Assembly (NCBI GenBank): GCA_037382325.1
Contig: JARRQA010000005.1
Location: 1 to 60,089 of the forward strand
Direction: 5' to 3'
Source of the DNA: Robiginitalea sp.
GTDB lineage: Bacteria; Bacteroidota; Bacteroidia; Flavobacteriales; Flavobacteriaceae
DNA length: 60,089 nt
Positions within the stretch are counted from its first letter, which is position 1, and each line of letters starts with the position of its first letter. The translations under genes were made by a program, and so were the position numbers. Below the pieces are notes generated by a model, which saw only the letters and a program-made list of their open reading frames with translations, ran no database searches and was not told the DNA's origin. Below, piece by piece: positions 58,457 through 60,089 of the stretch.

Positions 58457-59668
58457 TTACTGGGCTTTCAGCAACTTGTAATTGATCCGGTTACTGGCAA
58501 TCCTGGAGGCAATAACCCCGAGTACTACAATGGTCACCAGTACCAGTAGCACATTCACCAGGCGATACTCCACAGGGTAGGCGAGGGAAGGCGTGATTTT
58601 AAGCCATCCGAAATACTTCTGGGAGATAATCAGCGCCGAACCGATCAAGATCCCGATAACCCCTCCCGCACTGGTCACCAAAACCCCCTGTATGAAATAG
58701 ATTCTCCGGAGCTCCTGAAGGGTAAGCCCCAGGGAATAGAGGGTGCGTGAGTGCTGTTGTTTGTCGAGAATCATCATGATAATGGCCCCCACCACATTGA
58801 ACAGGGCGATGATCAGTACCAGCGTAAAAATCAGATAGGTGGCCAGGTTTTCTGTGTTGAGCATGCGGTAGAGGGTCTGGTTGAGCTCTTTCCGGTTCTT
58901 GAGCTGGATACCGGCCCCCATTACCTGCTGAATAGACGCCCTGACGGCATCTTCATCGGTACCGGGGGCGAGCTTGAAGCTCACTCCGGAAACCTGATCA
59001 TAGCCCCGCTCCAACAGGGATTGCACCAGGGGCAACTCCACAAAAACGTATTTCCTGTCCAGATTTTCCTCGATTTGATACACCCCGCTAAGCACGAGGG
59101 AAAGCTGGTTGTAGGGCTTTTGTCCGAGACCTCCCGTTCCAAACCCGCCTTTTCCGGGTTTGGGCGCCAGGACCACCAGGGGGCTTCGGTAATCCTGAAC
59201 ACTCAGCCCCAACAGGTTGGCGATATCGATCCCAGTCACGGTTTGTTGCCCTATCAAATCCCACTGCCCGAGAAAAAGCGTGCTGTCAATCCCGGTGGTA
59301 TGGGTATAAGCGCTGTCCACCCCTTTGATCCAGGCAATCCGGCTTTTCTGTCGGTGGGTCAGGTATACCCGTTCTTCCAGTTCGCCGGAGAGCGAAACGA
59401 TTCCCGGGATCTCCATAAGGGCAGCTGCGGTTCCCCTGTCAAAAGAAAAGCTCTTGCCCTCCACGGGCACCGCCTTAAGGTCGGGGTCAAAGGTGTTGCT
59501 GAAAGACAGGCTGAAATCCTTCAGCCCGGAGAATCCTGAAAGCACGATAAACAAGGCCGCCGAACCTATTACGATCACGGCAAAGGTGACCATGTTGATG
59601 ATGTTCACGGCGTTCTGATTGCTTTTGGAACGGATATACCTCCTTGCGATGTAGAACGGGAAATTCAC
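58457..59668 (-). CDS. ABC transporter permease (LolC/E-FtsX-MacB family)
   Basis: FYIARRYI, one TM, a periplasmic domain, then three TMs; IALFNVVG..MMILDK and SLG. Confidence 0.88.
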   Translation of the reverse strand: MNFPFYIARRYIRSKSNQNAVNIINMVTFAVIVIGSAALFIVLSGFSGLKDFSLSFSNTFDPDLKAVPVEGKSFSFDRGTAAALMEIPGIVSLSGELEERVYLTHRQKSRIAWIKGVDSAYTHTTGIDSTLFLGQWDLIGQQTVTGIDIANLLGLSVQDYRSPLVVLAPKPGKGGFGTGGLGQKPYNQLSLVLSGVYQIEENLDRKYVFVELPLVQSLLERGYDQVSGVSFKLAPGTDEDAVRASIQQVMGAGIQLKNRKELNQTLYRMLNTENLATYLIFTLVLIIALFNVVGAIIMMILDKQQHSRTLYSLGLTLQELRRIYFIQGVLVTSAGGVIGILIGSALIISQKYFGWLKITPSLAYPVEYRLVNVLLVLVTIVVLGVIASRIASNRINYKLLKAQ

Positions 59669-59670
59669 CC

Positions 59671-60063
59671 TCAGGATTTTTTTCTGCGGTCGAGCAAATC
59701 AGGGTTTTCAATAGGGTTTTCCCCCTCCTCGAGCGACTTCTCAATCTTTTCGATATAATCCAGGGAATCATCCAGGAAGAATAGAAGTTCCGGCACCCTC
59801 CGGAGCTGGTGTCGGGTGCGCCGGGCGAGTTCGTGTCGGATACCGGCCTGTTCGGCCTGAATCCCCTTCAAAAGGGGTTGGGCCTCCCTGGGAGGGACAA
59901 TACTTACATAAACCCGGGCAATGGAAAGGTCCGAGGTGACGTAGACCTTGGAGACCGTAATGATCACCCCTTTGAGTCCGCCATCCGTGGCGGATCGCTG
60001 CAGGATGTCGGCCAGGTCCTGTTGAAGAAGGCCTGCGATTTTTTTCTGTCGTTGCGTCTCCAT
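59671..60063 (-). CDS. rbfA: 30S ribosome-binding factor A
   Basis: RQKKIA, TVSKV.VTSDLSIARVYVS and LRRVPEL.FFLDDS. Confidence 0.96.
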   Translation of the reverse strand: METQRQKKIAGLLQQDLADILQRSATDGGLKGVIITVSKVYVTSDLSIARVYVSIVPPREAQPLLKGIQAEQAGIRHELARRTRHQLRRVPELLFFLDDSLDYIEKIEKSLEEGENPIENPDLLDRRKKS

Positions 60064-60089
60064 GCCGCAAAAATACGGACAAAAGTGTG

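Noticed and set aside
159-60082. Many 60-260 aa alternative-frame and antisense ORFs (e.g. 7009-7716, 35512-36240, 44904-45539, 55241-55900, 58751-59539)
   Set aside because: They overlap well-supported genes and show no recognisable motifs; such shadow ORFs are expected at this GC content.

Overview
A 60 kb core-chromosome segment of a Flavobacteriaceae (Bacteroidota) genome, probably a moderately GC-rich marine lineage such as Robiginitalea (inferred from gene content and TAnnTTTG promoters). It looks origin-proximal: two parS sites flank mnmG, and a ~600 bp AT-rich rnr/rpiB intergenic region has oriC-like architecture. Housekeeping genes include mnmG, ybeY, gltX, glnS, folB, rnr, rpiB, rnpA, lepA, dusB, rbfA and tRNA-Cys. 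It also holds a sprC-sprD-sprB-sprF type IX secretion/gliding adhesin operon, a stand-alone AlkB-type alkane monooxygenase, five peptidase families, a PqqB-like/fructosamine kinase/PQQ dehydrogenase/Gfo cluster, and an uncharacterised glutamate-cysteine-ligase-fold/CBS protein coupled to an M14 deacylase. Six or seven loci carry abrupt deletions or a duplication (DUF4175 gene, sprB, sprF, folB/tRNA-Cys, fructosamine kinase, PqqB-like gene, possibly the PQQ dehydrogenase). These may be assembly artefacts and should be checked against reads. No CRISPR array, rRNA, transposase, integrase or prophage was seen. All family assignments come from motif recognition, not database searches.
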